DNA of 64,000 nucleotides from Vezdaea acicularis (Eukaryota): NCBI GenBank assembly GCA_026025075.1, contig JAPEUI010000040.1, positions 62,001 to 126,000 of the forward strand, read 5' to 3'. Shown piece by piece: positions 61,291 to 64,000 of this stretch (position 1 is its first letter; each line of letters starts with the position of its first letter). The notes under the pieces were generated by a model. It saw only the letters and a program-made list of their open reading frames with translations, ran no database searches and was not told where the DNA came from. The position numbers and the translations under genes were made by a program.

Positions 61291-61653
61291 GCTCCTAGCA
61301 TTATTGGTTGGTGTTTTGCACGTGGATTTTGGAGCACTACGGTAGAGATGTTTGGGCTCGTATGAAGCATTTGCAAGGGGGTTAGCATGTTCAATTTAGG
61401 AGTCCGGTGCGGGATCGCTTGTCATTTGGTGCTTAATGGCGTTGGCTCAGCGTACACATACGGATAGTATTTACGAAAAAAAAGAAAGCCTCCTTACGAG
61501 GCATCTGTGTTTGAGCGATATACTCCAAGCCATAATACCGTACAAATAACCCATCTAATGCATGCTACTCGCGATTGAATCCCCAAACGCACCCCTTTCT
61601 CCCAAACTCCCTACAACCCATCTCTCCCACTGCCATACCACCCTTCTAAGCAT

Positions 61654-63048
61654 TTACGGGCTCCTCGGCTGCACGGCCGGCAACTCTCTCCGCGGCAAAC
61701 AGGCTCTGAGCGGGGGCGTGACGATGTTGTTGAAGAGGAAGGTGCCGTAGACGAGCAGGGCGAAGCCGACGACTTGCAGCCATTTGAAGGTCTCCCAGCC
61801 GAGTCCGAGCGAGACGATCCAGATGAAGAGGGTGCGGCAGGTGTCGATTGTGGAGCGGGAGGTGGCGGAGACGGTGCGCGTAACGGAAAGGCCGAAGAAG
61901 TTGAAGCCGCTGGGGGAGGGGAGAGGGGGTTAGTCTTGTGCCTATGGGGAGAAGGGGGGGGCTTGAGAGTGGGGCAGAAAGGGGGAGGGGGGAGGATAGA
62001 AAGGGGAAGGGAATCGGGGAACATACCCAATACTGATCATGATCAAGACGCTGCTCACGGCGATAGAGCGGTAATGGGTGATCTCCCTCCAGCCCTCCAC
62101 GGCATCAAAGTATCCATATTTCCCCGCCTCGGTCACTCCAACGGTGAAGTGCAGGATGGTCATGCCGAGCACCGTGACCACGAAGCCGAAGATGCCCTCC
62201 CACCCAACGACCTTCAGCGGCTGCAGAGCGTAGTGATTCAGTATCCATTCCTCCAGCACGAACTGTGTCGCGGTGAAGATTTGTGCTCCGGCAATGAGGA
62301 AGATGCCGATAATCGCCCGCACGGTCTCGGGTGTCCGGGCCTCCGCGAGGAGAGATGGTGTGGCTTTGTCGTCTTTGAACAGCGCGCCGGCCAGGCCCAC
62401 AATCCCCACTCCCACTACGACGAGAACTAGCGCACTCCACTGGTACAGATGCAGCCTTCGCTTCAGGAACACCACGCTGAACAGACCGACAAATAATACC
62501 AAGGCTCCCCGCGTCATCTGGTAAATACTGGCAGCCACGAAGAGCAGACCGACGTTCATCAATGTGGTGCCAGCAATATCGCAACAGGCGGGCAGACCGA
62601 GCAAGACAATGCGCCAGCCATGTAGCTGCGCTCTACCGTCGGCGTCCTCTTCTGCAGCTAGGGCTTTGGCAATGGGGTTGTCGGCGTCACCATCCGCAGA
62701 GGTCAAGACGGGCTCGTAGCCAGAGTCGGAGATGGACGTTAGGTGCTGGCGCGAGCGGAGGCGCTCATAGAGCGTGGACAGGCCGACGACGAGCCAGCAC
62801 CCCATCTCACCGATGAACATCTGCGCCGTTTGAATCACGGGCTGCTCAAAGTGCTGCCGCTTCTTGGGGCTCGGCGACTCGCAGTTCCGCACGCATTGCA
62901 TGTCCTATCCCTTGTGTGAGTCTATGGAGAAGAGTATGGAGAGCGGACCGCATACTTGGTATTTGGTGAGCAGCGTGTTGCAGACGCCTGTTACCAGCAT
63001 CATGGCTACGAGGAAGGGGATTATCGCCCTGGCTGGCATGATGGCCAT
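61654..63048 (-). CDS. SLC35F6-like DMT / nucleotide-sugar-transporter family protein; introns 62905-62955, 61910-62026
   Basis: MLVTGVCNTLLTKYQ|DMQCV, FEQPVIQTAQMFIGEMGC, LPACCDIAGTTLMN, ASIYQMTRGA, VGWEG, VSATSRSTIDTCRT. Confidence 0.92.
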
Positions 63049-63481
63049 GGCGTCGTGACTCCGGAGAGCGCGGATGAGACGCTATCGGATGCTGGGCATT
63101 TAGTACGGAGGATCGAGGTTGAATATTAGACGGTGAGAGTTCAACAAGTGATGTGACAAAGAGAAAAGATATCCAGGCTGAGTCAGAAGCCGGGACAATA
63201 GAATGTGAAGTAGATGGGGTTCGAGTGGACTTTGCCGGCTTTGAGGATGGAGCTTATTGAGTTCCATGTTAGGCCATGTCGTGCTTAGCGCTCTTCTCTA
63301 GCGCAGTGGCATGCGTATGCTTTACCCCAAACTGATTCGCGTAAGTTATCGCCCATGCCAAGGGACGTCATAACAACTACCATGTACGAACCAGGACCAT
63401 TACTAAGGTTCCCTCCGAGGGCCTGAATCTTCGAGTCCTTCCTGTCTTGGAATCTGGCGGCTTAGGTCACCAAAGATCGAG

Positions 63482-64000
63482 ATGGCTGAAGAATTAGATG
63501 AGCTCTTGGTATGCTCTGTACCAATAGACTACCAAATTTGTCTTGTTGACCGAGCTTAGGACCTTGCGCTTGTCCCGCTCCGCATTGCAGTCTCCAAACC
63601 CGCTCGGCGCACATATATAGGCACACTCCTTTTTCTAGCGACCAGTCTGCTTTTATATGGATTGGCGGCTGTAGCTTATGGACTTTTCTATTTCAACTAC
63701 GTGCCCCAGATCAGTTTGGAGCGAGTGATCCATCTTCAATTCGGGTACCTTACATCAAGCCCGATCCTTGGTCAATAGCTAACAAGTTGATAGGGATGGA
63801 CATCCCTGGGGCAACGCTAATCTAGGGAAGAGTCTTATTACTCAACAGCCCTACGACATCTCTGTCCATCTTCTCTTGCCGCGCTCTCCTCCGAACCTTG
63901 CTGCCGGCAATTTCATGCTTGACCTCTTTCTACTACCCACGATATCATCCGGAAGAGCTACGCCCTTGACTAGGCAAGATGCTGTTGTATCTTCCAGAAG
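63482..64000 (+). CDS. FLD1: Seipin (Fld1/BSCL2 family), 5' part; introns 63509-63559, 63745-63793
   Basis: Absent from the ORF track. TM followed by FYFNYVPQISLERVIHLQFG..QQPYDISVHLLLPRSPPNLAAGNFMLDL. Confidence 0.9.

Noticed and set aside
12651..64000. Apparent lipid/sterol/heme gene cluster (LIP5, MET1, PAQR, DAP1, ERG13, seipin)
   Set aside because: Genes are dispersed over 50 kb among unrelated housekeeping genes; no backbone enzyme or pathway regulator.
1..64000. Transposons, RIP-degraded repeats, tRNA, rRNA or snRNA genes
   Set aside because: No transposase or RT motifs, terminal repeats, long AT-rich tracts, cloverleaves or snRNA signature sequences were seen by eye; a covariance-model scan could still find small RNAs.

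Overview
Gene-dense, intron-containing DNA from a filamentous ascomycete (Pezizomycotina): GT..AG introns of mostly 48-90 nt with CTAAC/CTGAC branch sites. I reconstructed 31 protein-coding genes by hand (41 introns). Most are housekeeping: CPT1/EPT1, (6-4) photolyase, RSM22, LIP5, RAV2/Rogdi, SUR7, MET1, IZH/PAQR, Ran1-like kinase, DAP1, GCPII/Tre-like peptidase, CoA-transferase III, PHD protein, TFIIB, ATP14, NmrA-like, CCDC174-like, HOM6, HSL esterase, ERG13, SLC35F6-like, seipin. I found no transposon, rRNA, tRNA, CRISPR array or secondary-metabolite cluster. The best leads are: (1) an unassigned gene (28876-30243) with a HEPN-like RxxxxH motif plus coiled coil, a candidate fungal conflict RNase; (2) a strand-symmetric C-rich to G-rich gradient across many genes; (3) a NuSAP-like motif in a basic disordered protein; (4) a Pol32-like PIP-box-like tail on the photolyase; (5) a Cys-form Selenoprotein-K homologue; (6) a candidate box C/D snoRNA with 18S complementarity, and several structured non-coding segments. 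Family calls come from motif recognition, not database searches.
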